A stretch of 63,070 nt of DNA, the filler included, from Octopus bimaculoides (taxonomy: Eukaryota): NCBI RefSeq assembly GCF_001194135.2. It is 5 parts of 4 records of this genome, joined end to end, with 100 filler letters (N's around TTAATTAATTAA, not from the genome) between each part and the next. Parts side by side here need not be neighbours in the genome. Positions count along the whole stretch, not along the records: positions 1 to 11,516 come from NC_068996.1; positions 11,617 to 27,124 come from NC_068981.1; 3 more parts are not named here. One strand, given 5' to 3'. Position 1 is the first letter of the stretch. Every line of letters begins with the position of its first letter. This document shows positions 1 through 12,812 of the stretch, in pieces. The position numbers and the translations under genes are program-made. Under the pieces are notes generated by a model that saw only the letters and a program-made list of their open reading frames with translations, was not told the DNA's origin and did not search any database.

Positions 1-367
1 GAAAACAATACCTATTGTCATAGGTGCCCTGGGAATGACAGCGAAACGGGCTGATTACTACCTAGCTCAGATACCAGGAAACCCCAAAATGGCTGAAGTC
101 CAAAAGATAGTGCTCATGGGAACTGCCCATATCCTACGTAAAATACTGTCTATGTGATCTCAAATTTTAAAGCAAACATAATTTTCTTATGGTTTCTTAA
201 ACATTCACTTGAACAAAACTGTACAAATCCAAATATATGGTACCCTAGGCATAACACCTACATGAACTTCTAACTTGTTGTCTCTTGAGGTCTCTGGGTG
301 AGACTTGGATCCAACTTGTACAAATGCAAAACAAAAGTCAAACATAAAATAATAATAATAATAATAA
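1..367 (+). mobile_element. 3' end of an R4/Dong-like (restriction-like endonuclease) non-LTR retrotransposon with (TAA)n tail
   Basis: Frame 2-157 reads KTIPIVIGALGMTAKRADYYLAQIPGNPKMAEVQKIVLMGTAHILRKILSM*, matching the IGALG...QK..L.GTA.ILRK C-terminus of RLE-type elements. A 3' UTR and an (AAT)n run at about 348-367 follow. Confidence 0.85.
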
Positions 368-1072
368 CTTTTTGAGACAACACCGCCTCGGTGAATGAAT
401 GAAAACATTGCTCGTAACGTAGCTTCTTAAGGTTAACTGATCTGTATTCGTTTGTTTTTCTTTTTTCTTTTCTTTTTTTTGTTGACTGATTTATCTCTGG
501 GCATAGTTTTTTGTGTGGTGTTTTTAAACTTATGAATTGTTCACTTTGTCTGAGTTAGTTCGAGGAAAATTGTTTTGTTATTGTTTTGCCTCGTTTGTGA
601 GACGTGCTTTCATATGCGTATGTGTCCTGTAAATTTCACGTAGTTATGCAAACATTGGGGTGTATGTGTAGTCCTATGGTTATTTAAATGTATATATGAT
701 TGTATAGACATTCGAGTGTATGCGTAATTAATCAATTTACGTAATTACTGTTTTGATCCACTTATATTTTATAATTTGTAAACTTTCCGGTGTTGATTTC
801 GCCCGTGTCTTTTGCACATGTTTCACTGAGACATCGTGCAAGGGAGAATCTGTGCTTTGTATAAAAGTAGAATTTCGTTTTTTTTTTTTTTGTGATTATT
901 TTCGTTAAATGGCCGCTTCCTTCAAATCTTCCAAAGATTCCCTTTTCCCATTCCACTGCTATTATTTGATTAGATTTGTTTTTGTATGGAGTGCCTGGTG
1001 TAGCACGTCCGTGTTGTTATTCAGCGCGGAGGTGAATAATAATAATATTCAGCGCAGCGCTGAATAATAATA

Positions 1073-3712
1073 ACAGATCTCAATCCTTTGTACTATGCAT
1101 CCGCGAAGATCTCAACGATTTTATTTGATGAAAAGATTAGAGAACGACAACATTCCCACAAAAAGCGTATTTGGTAAGAGCGTATTCAACATCAAATTTA
1201 ATTACTTAGGTCTGACATAGAACGTTTAAGAAACCTTAAGTTTGACAAGAATATCAAAACAACAAAAAACTGAAAATTAAAGAAAAAGTATATGAAACCA
1301 TACTTGACATCGATACAACCATAGAAACTATCAAGCAAAAGGTATGTGCTTAAGCTGCCCGCATAGCAAGATATGAAAAGTGCGTTAGATTCTTCAAGGA
1401 CAACAACGTGTTCAAAAATAATCCCAAAAAGTTTTTGCAGGAAGATAGGGAAAATACCAGTTACAGTAAAGTGTGTCCCATCAAAAAAGTGCAGAAATTT
1501 CGGAATAAAATTCGGGTAGAAGAAAAAGTGCACAATAAAAAGGTCCCTTGGACAATAAAAAGGTCCCTTGGACAGACTTAGACTCCTTAGAAGAGTAAAA
1601 GTGGGTTAGTATCAAAGTAGCTGTAAGACCTGCTCTCAAGAAATCAAGCAAATGGAAGTCTCCAGGAAAGAATAAAATTCCTAACTTCTGGGAGTCATGA
1701 ACTGCTAACAAAACTTTACAACAATGTTTTGCAACAACCTAGTATGATTCCCTCTTGGCTAGTTAATGGTGTAACATTCCTACTTCCAAAAAAATGAAGA
1801 AACAAATGAACCAAAACATTATAGACTCACAACCTGCTTAACAACAATGTATAAAACACTAACATCTGTCTTGTCTGAATATACCTATAGTTTTTTGATA
1901 GAAGGTGGCATCTTCCTTAATGAGCAAAAAGGATGTAAACGTGGGTCCTATGGTTGTAAAGATCAGCTACTCATCAATAAGATGATCTTGGAAGATTTTC
2001 ACAAACTGCACAAGAACTTGTCGATAACCAGGATCGACTATAAAAAGGTTTTTGATGGTCTACCACATAACTGGATTATGAAATGTCTGGAAATGTATAA
2101 AATAGCTCCTACTCTGCGAAACTTTTTGTCTGTAATTATGAGATCATGGAGAACCACACTGACTTTGAACAGTGACAATGAATCTCTCAGTACTGGAGAT
2201 ATAAGAATTTCATGTGGCATTTTCCAGGGTGACTCTCTTCTCTCTTGTTTAGCCCTAATATCTCTCTCGAAATTGCTCGATGATGTACGATATGGCTATA
2301 AAATGTTTGATAAAAATATAAATCATCACTTTTACATGGAGGATTCAAGGCTCTTTGCAAAAAATGACCGACAGCTATAGGGTTTACTAGCGATTGTTAA
2401 GCAATTCAGTGATGACATCAGGATGCAATTTGGCCTCGATANNNNNNNNNNNNNNNNNNNNNNNNNNNNNNNNNNNNNNNNNNNNNNNNNNNNNNNNNNN
2501 NNNNNNNNNNNNNNNNNNNNNNNNNNNNNNNNNNNNNNNNNNNNNNNNNNNNNNNNNNNNNNNNNNNNNNNNNNNNNNNNNNNNNNNNNNNNNNNNNNNN
2601 NNNNNNNNNNNNNNNNNNNNNNNNNNNNNNNNNNNNNNNNNNNNNNNNNNNNNNNNNNNNNNNNNNNNNNNNNNNNNNNNNNNNNNNNNNNNNNNNNNNN
2701 NNNATACCAGTCATGACTTACAGTTTCAATATCATTAACTGGTCAATTACTGAAAAATGTAATCTTGACAGAAAAATACGAAAATTGTTGACAATGCATA
2801 GAATGGACCACCCTAAGGCAGATACAGAACGTCTTTATCTGCCAAGAAAAAAGGGAGGCCGTGGACTTTTACAACTGGAATTAACAATGAAGATTGCCAC
2901 AATTGGTGTAAACACCTATCTGAAAATCTCTGATGACTGGATGTTAAAACCTATCTCAAAGCCTGAAAACAAGAAAACATCATACTCAGTAACAAAACAG
3001 ACAAAGGAATATCTAAGTGAATTTCAAATACAACAAATCCCAGAATTAGACTACTGGAAACAAGCACACAGAGAGCTAAGCGTATAAAATCCCGTGCTAA
3101 AACTGCTGGCTTAGATATTCTTACTGATAAATGACAAGAAAAAACCTCTCAATGGCAAATAACCAAAGAGAGTTAATAGTGCCGATGTTGACAAAGCCCT
3201 TACCCATCAATAGTTAGTGTCTTTTGGCTTAAAATCAGAGACAGAAGGGTTTACCATAGCAACCCAAGATTAATACCTATCTACAAGGAGCTACCAGGTC
3301 AACATATTAAAGACCGGCAGTATAACGACAAAATGAAAGCATCGATCAAGCTCTCTCCATGTGTAGTCTTCTTGCGCCTACAGAGTATCTCAACAGGCAT
3401 GATAGAGCTGCACAATATATTCACTGGGTAATTTGCAAAACCTTGGACCTGCCCCATGATGAAAACTGGTAGGAACACAAACTACCAGTGCTTGAAGATG
3501 ACCACATCTCACGCCTCTGGAACATCACCGTTCAAAGTGACAGAAAGATAGATACGAATAGGCCAGACATCATACTGAAAGACTTCAGACAAAAATCATA
3601 CATCCTCATCGATATGACTGTCCTAATCAACATAAGTATATCTGAGAAGACCTACCAAAAACTGAGCAAATATAAAGATCTTGAAATAGAAATTAGCAAA
3701 ATGTGGAACCTG
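1073..3712 (+). mobile_element. Decayed R4/Dong-like non-LTR retrotransposon (RT + RLE endonuclease), truncated at both ends
   Basis: RT motifs EQKGCKRGSYGCKDQLLINKMI, IDYKKVFDGLPHNW, GIFQGDS and HHFYMEDSRLF (degenerate YMDD). Post-RT RLYLPRKKGGRGLLQLE, EYLNRHDRAAQYIHWVICK, and RLE motif RPDIILKD...LIDMTV...EK...KLSKYKDL. Many stops and frameshifts; N gap 2442-2703. Confidence 0.92.
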
Positions 3713-3980
3713 ATATTCTCGCCTGAAGCTTACATTCATTTCACTTTCCTTCATTTTGTCGTATTCTAAAATCCCTAGATATTTATATCTATTTGTCTCA
3801 ATATCCATAATTGGGTAGTTCTACCCCGTCAGACGACACTACTTTGCCTTTTAGTATTATAAAAGCATAACACTTTTTAATCCCAAATTCCATTCCGATA
3901 TTCTTACTGATATCTGCATTATTGAAACTAAGCCATTTATTTCACGTTCGTTCTTCCCAAAGATCTTTAAGTCAACCATA
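3713..3980 (-). mobile_element. Inverted RT fragment of a second R4/Dong-like subfamily
   Basis: With frameshifts the minus strand reads MVDLKIFGKNEREINGLV..ISKNIGMEFGIKKC...KGKVVSSDGVELPN..MDIETNRYKYLGILEYDKMKESEM..RREY, i.e. RT from the YMDD motif to the YKYLG thumb. It abuts a (TTG)n run at 3981-4018. Confidence 0.85.
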
Positions 3981-6113
3981 TTGTTGTTGTTGTTGTTGCT
4001 GTCGTCGTTGTTGTTGTTTCATTTTTGTGAATCTCAGACACTTAGATGTTTAACGGTCCGGACATTGCAGTTAGGGAGCAGTCAACAATAAGCTGGCAAA
4101 GGTCCCTTACTGCTCCCTCTCTTGTGTCTGCATAGAGAAAAATTTCTTTAAAATCCTTGCTATACCAGGAAGGGTCAAACTTTCCGTCGCTCCAAACTGC
4201 GACCTGGACGTTGAAGTTTATAGCCTTTGCGTGTTTTCTGAATGGGATGACATGTACCATCTATGATGAATTCTATCAATTAAATCAATAAGAAATAATA
4301 CATGTCTACGGCATCAAACCCTTTTATATTATGTCTTTACACGGAGTATGCCAGCACTACTCGACATGATAAAGGAGTTCAGTAGAATAAAACGTTTGAG
4401 AGCTCCTGATTTAGTGTATTTGCTCGACACACAAGTTGCGCTTTTTTTACTCTGATTCTTCAGATTTACTGTTTTTACAAACCTCACATTTTTTGTGACG
4501 TTCACCTAGGGGTCCGCGTACGCAGTTTAAAGACCCCTGCACGAAAAATGACCAATTACTTAACACGGATAGATTGTTGAGTACTTATGTATGTACCTAA
4601 AGTAGATTTATCCACTAAAAGAACACGCGTGCGCATGTCTATGCTTATTTCAGACTACTTCCGGAAAAAAACAAACTGTCAATACAGTTAAATAAACAAG
4701 ATCCAATTCTTTGTGGACAGAGAAAGTCACAGATTGTAATGCTACTTTTAACACGAGAAGAAGAAGAACATTATACATCAATGACGGAAAGAGTTAATCA
4801 AAATGCGAAAAGTGAAAGCGAATCAAATGTGCGCATTGGAGTTGAAATTCTTGAGAATAATTCCTGAAATTTAATAATGTGTAAATATTGGTGAACCTAT
4901 TACTAGCATATCGCACTCGAACATGTCAAAAAGAATGGCACGAACCATAAGTTAGAATCTCCTTTATCACAATAACTCTATTTCCTTTCTTGGTGAGCAC
5001 CAGTAAAGATTCAATAGAACTAATTTTGTCGGAGATCTGCGTTTCTCAATCATAAACAAGAGAAAAGCAAATGTGTGACCTTGACAACAACAGCAAATCG
5101 TTCAGCCTATGACTACCTCGATAATTTCTGTGTAGCCTCTCTGTTCCTCTTTCCTCTGCAATAACCGATTAAGAATGCTTTCAATGACTATATTTACAGC
5201 TGCCTTACTTGTTCTCCTATCCTTCCTCAAGGTTTTCAGACTAATAAAAAAGAAAGGGTCACCACATTCTTACAAGTTTCCTTAAACTGTAAACAATGAA
5301 GGATTCTAATGGTTACCTTTCTTCAAATATTTCCTGAAAGTAGCGATCACTTGTATTCGGCAACAAAAGTATTTCATGACTGATTAACTTGTTCAATACC
5401 TTAGCTGGTTTTCTAAAATAGTTCCTGAAAATAATGGAATCTGGTGACAGGAACGATTGCTAAATACACAGTAAATATATGTCATAATTTTTTACGACAC
5501 TGACCGAGTTCTGTATAATTAATTTTGCGTATCACACGATAATCACAGATGATTTTAAGCATTGTGCATTTACTGACATATATTAAAATATTAAATAACG
5601 ACATTCATGGGTGACAATACATAGGAAAGATGTATTACTAATTGCGTTTATTGGTCCTCTGTTTTCAACACTGACGGCATCGTCAATCTTTCTAATATAT
5701 TTATAAATTCTTACTTTAACTACACTGAGTTAGACTTTAATAATCTCCATGACCCTGTCTATAAGATACATTTGATGAATTATTTCACAAACTTTTCACG
5801 ACTCTTTCCAAGCAAGAGAGAACGAACAAATTCGTTCAAGAACACCAGATCACAGTCACTACACATCAACGAAAACACATAACAGTACAACCTCCTTACT
5901 CCCTGACGACACAACTGAAGCTTTCAAAGAAGTACATTAAATTTCTAGAGCTTTCATAGTCTTTTAAAATACTAGCTTTCTAGTGACCTGTCATGACGAT
6001 CATATACATCAAAATACAAACAAAACAGCGTTTCAGATCCTAGTCTCCTGCTTTACAGGTAGAAACTACTTCAACTCTGAACTGTTGAAAAAAGAAAGAG
6101 AGGGAGATGGGTT

Positions 6114-6260
<147 letters not shown>

Positions 6261-8730
6261 ATTCTTTATCGGGATTGAGTAACTATACAAGCTATTCTTA
6301 TCGGAATTCTAACTTGTTACATACAGAAATATCGAAATGTTAAGTCTGGTATTAGAAAATTTATTTCAATTTCAATTCGATAATATTTAATTTTAAACTA
6401 AAAATAGATTCAACTTTCTTTAAAATAAAATTATCAATTTGAAATATGTAGAAAAAAATAAACGATCAAGATACTGTTGGTAATCTGACCTCAAATCGTA
6501 GAATAAGACGAGAAAATTCTTCGAAAGCAAAATAGTTTTGAATGGATTGAAGACGTTGGACTGCTGAGTGAGATTAAGAGTGATTATAGATGTCATTCTG
6601 AACTACTGATAATTGATTACTTGTTGTAAAAATAAGACAGAATAAAAGATTGTCTGAAATTTCTTGAATAAAAGAAACAGTTGGATACTTTATTCGTAAT
6701 GATATACGAGAGATTAGAATGCAAATGTAATTTTTAGGAACATCAATGAATTCAGGTTAATAGATTCTTCATAAGTTTATCCTATCATTTCCTCTTATAT
6801 TTGTCAATATCTTCTCTTATATTATCTTGTTATAAAGAAAGCTTCCACATTGAAATTTATATAATAACTGCAGATGTGATAGAGGTAGCACTGAAGAAAA
6901 AAATGTTTAGTGAGAAGTCTGAGAGGAGAGAGAGATACTTTTATAGAAGACGAAGATTGGCTAACTACTTCTCATGGTACACAGATTTCTACTTTATCTG
7001 AATAGGAATCATTGCCGTAATTATAAAAGACATAAAGGAAAAGACACGGTAGATTGGGAGTGGGCTAGAAGTTGTAGCTAAGGTATTTACGTTTAAGAGG
7101 AAAACTAAGCGACAGAGGTAGGATCTTTATGAAACTTGGCAATCTTTACCTGCCCCAGTGCATCTCATTAGTTTAAAGCCAGCAACAATCGAAGCAAAAT
7201 ACCTTGTATAAAAGTTTAACTTGCCGTGCAATATTTGTTTAATGGCTAATAATATGCAATATGTTTATTTTATTTATTTATCTTATTTATTTGCTTGAAT
7301 ATAAGTAAAGCATACCTTCTTCATAAAACCATTAGCTGTTCAATGTTTGTTTAATAGAAAAATACAGTCTATTGGTGGTTGAGCGATCAGGATAATGGTT
7401 AACCAGAGAAGACAAACCCACCCAAGTTACAGAAATAACAATGTGCGATGGAAAAAGCAGCAAAAGTCGTTGAAAAAGTAGTTTGCGATGTTTCTATCCG
7501 AGAGGAAATAACACGTGGGAAGCAAAAATAAATGGAACGACTATACCAAACGATGAGATCGATACAAAATCTTCTCAAAAAGAAAGAAAGAAGCAAAATA
7601 TTTGGAAGTGAATAGATGAAGGCTACGGATGAGAATAAAAGAGACAAAAATCTAATTGTAGTAACGCCTAAACGAATAACTTGCCAAGTAACAAAAGCGC
7701 ATACAGGTTTAGTTTTCTTTTGCTACAGAATACATTGCTCATGGTCATTAATGCTGTCGATTTAATCAGAAGATTAATTTTCTTGGTATAAAAGGTCATT
7801 ATTGTTTCATGTTTTTTTAATGATTCTTCGACTTTATCCGTTTTCATCTCGCCCAAAACATTTTTCTTTGTAGCTATTGTAGACGTCTTGATGTGACCTC
7901 TTGGTGTTATGTTGTGAAAGTTCCATTCGTGTCATTCTTTGCATTTGTAACCATTGAAAGATTATTGAAATTGTAGTTAATATGATAATCCCACAGGTAT
8001 TACAGCTATTTTAGTTTTTAATCCATTTACATTTCGGGGATTTTGTAAAATTAGTCTCACGCAAGAAGTGACTGTTTGTTTGTTTGTTTGTTTGTTTGTT
8101 TTTGCTTTTTTTTTTAGGATTCCTTCAGAATGCCGTCACTTCATTGATTTTTATTGTAGCTTAGTAACATTCTCTTATTCAGCTTTTAGCACACGCAAAT
8201 ATGCCGCCTCCATAAAAGTGTCGTCCGGAGCCGGCCGCAGCCCCAACCTCCAGTTACGCTATTGGTGTTTATCTTTACATATTAATAAAGGCGATAATTT
8301 GGTGCCGTCTTTATAACCAGTCACTTCTACATATAGGAAGTTTTCTCAAGACAGGATGATTTAATGGTCAGAGTCTTGGAAACTTTAGAATTAACTAACG
8401 TTTTAGAGGGAACTTCAAATGTTTTCATTCATTCCGCTAAACATTTCTTTCTCTCCTGATGACAGAGATTATAAATATCACAAGCGTTGCCATTTAATAG
8501 TCTTTGAAAATTACTAAGAATGCGTCAATTGTTTATCAATTTAAAGACAAAACAAAAAGAAAAAAATAACCATGACGTACATATAAATCCACATTTCTCC
8601 ATCTTTTAGAAATATACCAAAAATACGATTTACAATGTTGATAAATGTATCGCGCCAAACACCGTCCAATATTGTTATGAAGTGCTTCTAAATATATTCG
8701 GCATTCTTCCAAATCCATTCTTTTTTCATA

Positions 8731-8752
8731 TTATTATTATTATTATTATTAT

Positions 8753-8796
<44 letters not shown>

Positions 8797-8980
8797 TTGC
8801 CTTTGCACAGCTTCTAACGCTGGAGATGCATTACAGCGTCAACTGTTCACTACCAGTGAAGTAAGGTAACACCCCTTATTTTTCGAGCACCATCCGGAGT
8901 ATTCGAGCGGTTGCAAGTAATGCTGTTTTCTGCAAGTGCTCCACCATTATTGCAGCCCCTATTTGTTCCATTATTATAAT
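8731..8980 (-). mobile_element. Short 3' stub of an R4/Dong-like element with compound (TAC)n(TAA)n tail
   Basis: Minus strand reads IMEQIGAAIMVEHLQKTALLATARILRMVLEK* (stop 8876-8878), then a 3' UTR and a microsatellite tail at 8731-8796. Confidence 0.85.
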
Positions 8981-9494
8981 TTACTTCCATAACACTCTAT
9001 TTCACGTTTTTAAGGTTATAGAGATGTATAAAATACAGTAGTGATGTGAAAATGCATATTCTTTCGGAATAGCGACTGCAATTTTGAACGATTTTCAAAA
9101 ATAAATTGACGCATAGAACATAACGCGCAGATGTTTCAATTTTTGAACATGTAAAAAGAATGTCAGACAACGATAGTGAAATTTTTTCCTCAAGAATTTG
9201 ATCATAATCACTTATCTTCATGACACAAATCTATTAATAACTTACTATTATTTATTCCAACTCAAATGATTCTTATAACTAACGGCAGATAAATAGATTG
9301 TTTGTAATATGAAAACAAAGATCAAACGACGACCGTAATTAAAGTATCTTTATCATAGATACGATTATAAGTATTCAGTTAGCTATATGATATGATATAA
9401 AATAATATGAGTAGCATTATGAAAAGAGTCCAGCTGCAAAAATTATTCCAAAGCAGACATTGTAGTTGAAAGCAATCCTCTGGTTCGTTGATCC

Positions 9495-9560
9495 AGTCGA
9501 ACTATTCCACTCATGCCAGCATGGGAGACAGACAATGATGACGATGATGATGATGATGAT
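9495..9560 (+). mobile_element. RTE-type LINE/SINE 3' tail with (GAT)n
   Basis: ccactcatgccagcatgg...gatgatgat matches the tail of the RTE copy at about 58690-58742 in this window. Confidence 0.6.
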
Positions 9561-10689
9561 ATGGTGTAATAGAGACTTTTATTTCATAAGGTGATACTTA
9601 AAATATGAATCCACAAATTTAAACATTTCTTTCCTGATCGTACATATACCTATTTGTAACCATAGTAGTTCTGGGACAAAAATTCCGATATACATTTCTT
9701 GAAGAATCTTTAGTAAAGTTGAAGGCGAAAGATTATTTTTAATGTATCAATGAATAATAAATGACAGTGTTTTACGAAATTGATCTAAATCCATGATTAT
9801 TTTAGAAACTTAAATAAAACGCATATGATAACGAAAGGTTTAAGTGTTTTATAATGGGAAAGAGTAGGATCTAATGAGCAGCTGAATGTATAAAACTATA
9901 ATAAAATGATTATAAAGATGATTGCAAACGTCAGGCAGAAACAGGTTTATTTATTTCCAAGGCAAGACCTGCTAAAATTCTTATAAGCTCGAGTACTGTG
10001 CCTTCTTAGGCCGATACTTTTCATTTAAATGAATTTTAAAATTCATGAAAAATTCCTGGCGAAACGAAACGCAAATGAAAACAGACATCAAGCCCATTAC
10101 GACTTGCTCATAAATTCACAACATATTTCTGTATACAATGGCTGTATTTTCTGATATCATATCACACCTTTATTGTTTTTGTAAATTCTAAACACTTTCC
10201 AAAGAGAGACCTTATCCACTAATTACTCGGATACTCTCAGTTAACTAAAGTTTTTTCAACTCACTTTTTTACATACATAAGACCTGATACTTGCACCGTA
10301 ATGAAGGCAAGAGTGAACGTGTGACGTTCGAATCAAGTAATAAACTTTTGACATTCAAGAAATTTCAGCGTTTGTTGGTTGATAAGTCGTTGTAAGTATC
10401 TAATGAGCGTAGATTCTTTAATACTCGAGTTATCGATGTTATTATGGAAGTCTTTGATATAAGTTGTAACTTCCGTATTCTGGCAGCTGTCATACTGCCT
10501 ATTAACAGACTGTGTTCAGCTACTATAAAATATTACATTTCTGGCACTTGCATAATATACGTTGCTCTTTGTATACTGAGTCAGTGTGATAGATTATTTC
10601 CCTTCTTAACAAGCACAGATTCTACTATGCATATGTCATGTTTGACTGTGAAGAAAGTTTGGCAATAAAATAAGACACCAGCAGCTATA

Positions 10690-10868
10690 TACATGCATAT
10701 ATATATATATACATGTGTGTGTGTGAATATTTGACACGACTACACACATACACACACACATTTACACACACATACGCATACACATATATCTGGATATGTG
10801 TGTATGTGCGTATGCGTTTGTGTATGTGCACACACACTTGCACATTCATACATGTACATATATGTGAG

Positions 10869-10931
<63 letters not shown>

Positions 10932-10936
10932 CATAC

Positions 10937-10967
<31 letters not shown>

Positions 10968-11105
10968 TATGTATATTCATATTTATATCCAAACACGCGC
11001 ACGCATGCACGCACGCACGCATGCATGCACGCACGAATGCACGCACGAATGCACGCACGCACAAGCACATGCTCACGCCCACGCACACAGACACACAGAC
11101 ACACA
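10690..11105. repeat. Compound (TA)n/(CA)n/(GCAC)n microsatellite field
   Basis: Read directly; it explains the low-complexity ORFs at 10713-11175. Confidence 0.95.
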
Positions 11106-11303
11106 AATAGACTTGCGTTCAAATGTCTCTGAGTCGCCGAAAAATAGTGTTACAATTTGCCCTGAAAAGGGATGATGAAGCCGAAACAGACCAGTGGGAG
11201 GAGTCCCTATTAGTTTTCAGTTTAGTTAAGACATCAACAGGATGTTTCTATATCATCTCAATCCTTACAGCTAAGGCTTTTGAATAAACAGTTTCAGTCA
11301 TAA

Positions 11304-11440
11304 ACTTGTTTCAGTCATTTGACAGTGGCCATGCTGGAGCACCGCCTTTAGTCAAGCAAATCGACCCCAGGACTTATTCTTTGTAAGCCTGGTACTGATT
11401 CTATCGGTCTCTTTTGCCGAACCGTTAAGTTACGGGCACA
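11304..11440 (-). mobile_element. tRNA-derived SINE family A (octopus OR-like), 3' half
   Basis: Near reverse complement of 49919-50102 (acttgtttcagtcatttgac...ggccatgctggagcaccgcc...ttttgccgaacc). Confidence 0.85.
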
Positions 11441-11462
11441 TAGACACAACAAACATATACAC

Positions 11463-11516
<54 letters not shown>

Positions 11517-11914
11517 NNNNNNNNNNNNNNNNNNNNNNNNNNNNNNNNNNNNNNNNNNNNTTAATTAATTAANNNNNNNNNNNNNNNNNNNNNNNNNNNN
11601 NNNNNNNNNNNNNNNNAATAATACCGGTGTTATTTAATCGGTTTGTAATTTTTTTGTACATGGTGTTTTTTGGGTTCGAAGATGGTCTGATTTTGATGTA
11701 ACACGTGTGTTTACGATCGCTGTGCGGGTAGTGGAGGTATCAAGTTAAAATACATCATTATATTTGGAAAAATATAAATAAATTTCATTGAGTATTATTT
11801 ACTCGGATATAGTCCAACCCTTTGTTAGCTATTGTTTGGCTCCATGCGATGTCTTTATTTCCGATGTTTTTGGATAAGTTTCGGAGCAGTGATTTATCGT
11901 TCTCACATGTTAAA

Positions 11915-12028
11915 CATCCCCGGTGTTCTCTGTTATACATCCCCGGTGTTCTCTGTTCTAAGCATCCCCGGTGTTCTCTGTTCTAAACATCCCCGGTGTT
12001 CTCTGTTCTAAATATCCCCGGTGTTCTC

Positions 12029-12032
<4 letters not shown>
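11915..12032. repeat. Minisatellite of five 23-25 bp units (catccccggtgttctctgttctaaa)
   Basis: Units start at 11915, 11938, 11963, 11988 and 12013 with no unique spacers; the array runs into (TTA)n. Confidence 0.95.
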
Positions 12033-12088
<56 letters not shown>

Positions 12089-12100
12089 TACTACTATTAT

Positions 12101-12656
12101 TGAGTGAGAGCAGCGCATGTCATCTAAGTGACACTAGGGTACCAATATACGAAGTCCAATATACCCATCATCACTATCGTATGATAATGATACATGATAA
12201 GTGTACACGAGGCACATGCATCACAAGAATATGTGCGCGACATGGTGATTTTATATCACGATAAATAGCGCACGAACTTGCAGGCGAGGCCTAGTTAGAA
12301 TTTTCTTTAGGTCCAGTATCCCCTGCCACTCAAAAGATCCATGAACAAGGTTTGTATAGCGATGATGAATGAAACACTCATGTTTCCCGGCGTGGATTTT
12401 TTAAATCCCAAAGTATTCCTTTCAAGACATGTTCTATGATGCTCCCCGACTACTTCTGCTTGTGAGCAGAGATGTACCTATTTTCAGCCACTAAGGGTAT
12501 GCTCACCTATTTAAGGTCAAGCAACTGACAAATAAACCTGTGGTATTGTGCAGAATATTTGCAGTAGCCCTCCTTTTATTCCAAGACAAAACAATGTACG
12601 TGATAACACATTCCTATCAGTTAAGATGAGAATACATGAGAGCCACTGCTTGGTAC
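12101..12656 (-). mobile_element. Interspersed repeat, probable 3' UTR of a non-LTR retrotransposon with (TAA)n tail
   Basis: A GC-richer 550-bp block bounded by (TTA)n (12031-12100) and (TAC)n. It resembles an abundant octopus repeat I recognise from memory; the class was not verified. Confidence 0.5.
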
Positions 12657-12657
12657 T

Positions 12658-12718
<61 letters not shown>

Positions 12719-12722
12719 GCTG

Positions 12723-12782
<60 letters not shown>

Positions 12783-12812
12783 TTGCTGCTGCTATTACTA
12801 TTATCATTATAT
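12657..12812. repeat. (TAC)n/(TGC)n/(TAT)n trinucleotide microsatellite
   Basis: Read directly. Confidence 0.97.

Noticed and set aside
2394-2738. Long ORFs made largely of X (also those spanning gaps at 16.6, 18.0, 22.4, 23.5, 32.0, 49.4 and 59.4 kb)
   Set aside because: They are open only because N runs contain no stop codons.
7399-7856. Hydrophobic, transmembrane-looking minus-strand ORFs (also 13042-13260 and 14495-14686)
   Set aside because: The antisense of A/G-rich DNA gives F/L/S/I-rich peptides by composition. There is no family motif or coherent exon chain.
11517-11616. TTAATTAATTAA island inside Ns, recurring at 27125-27224, 48157-48256 and 58786-58885
   Set aside because: Each is exactly 44 N + 12 nt + 44 N = 100 bp, and the 12-mer has stops in all six frames. 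It is a scaffolding placeholder, not biology.
11915-12032. CRISPR-like appearance of the 23-25 bp repeats
   Set aside because: The units are head-to-tail with no unique spacers, there are no cas genes, and the context is eukaryotic.
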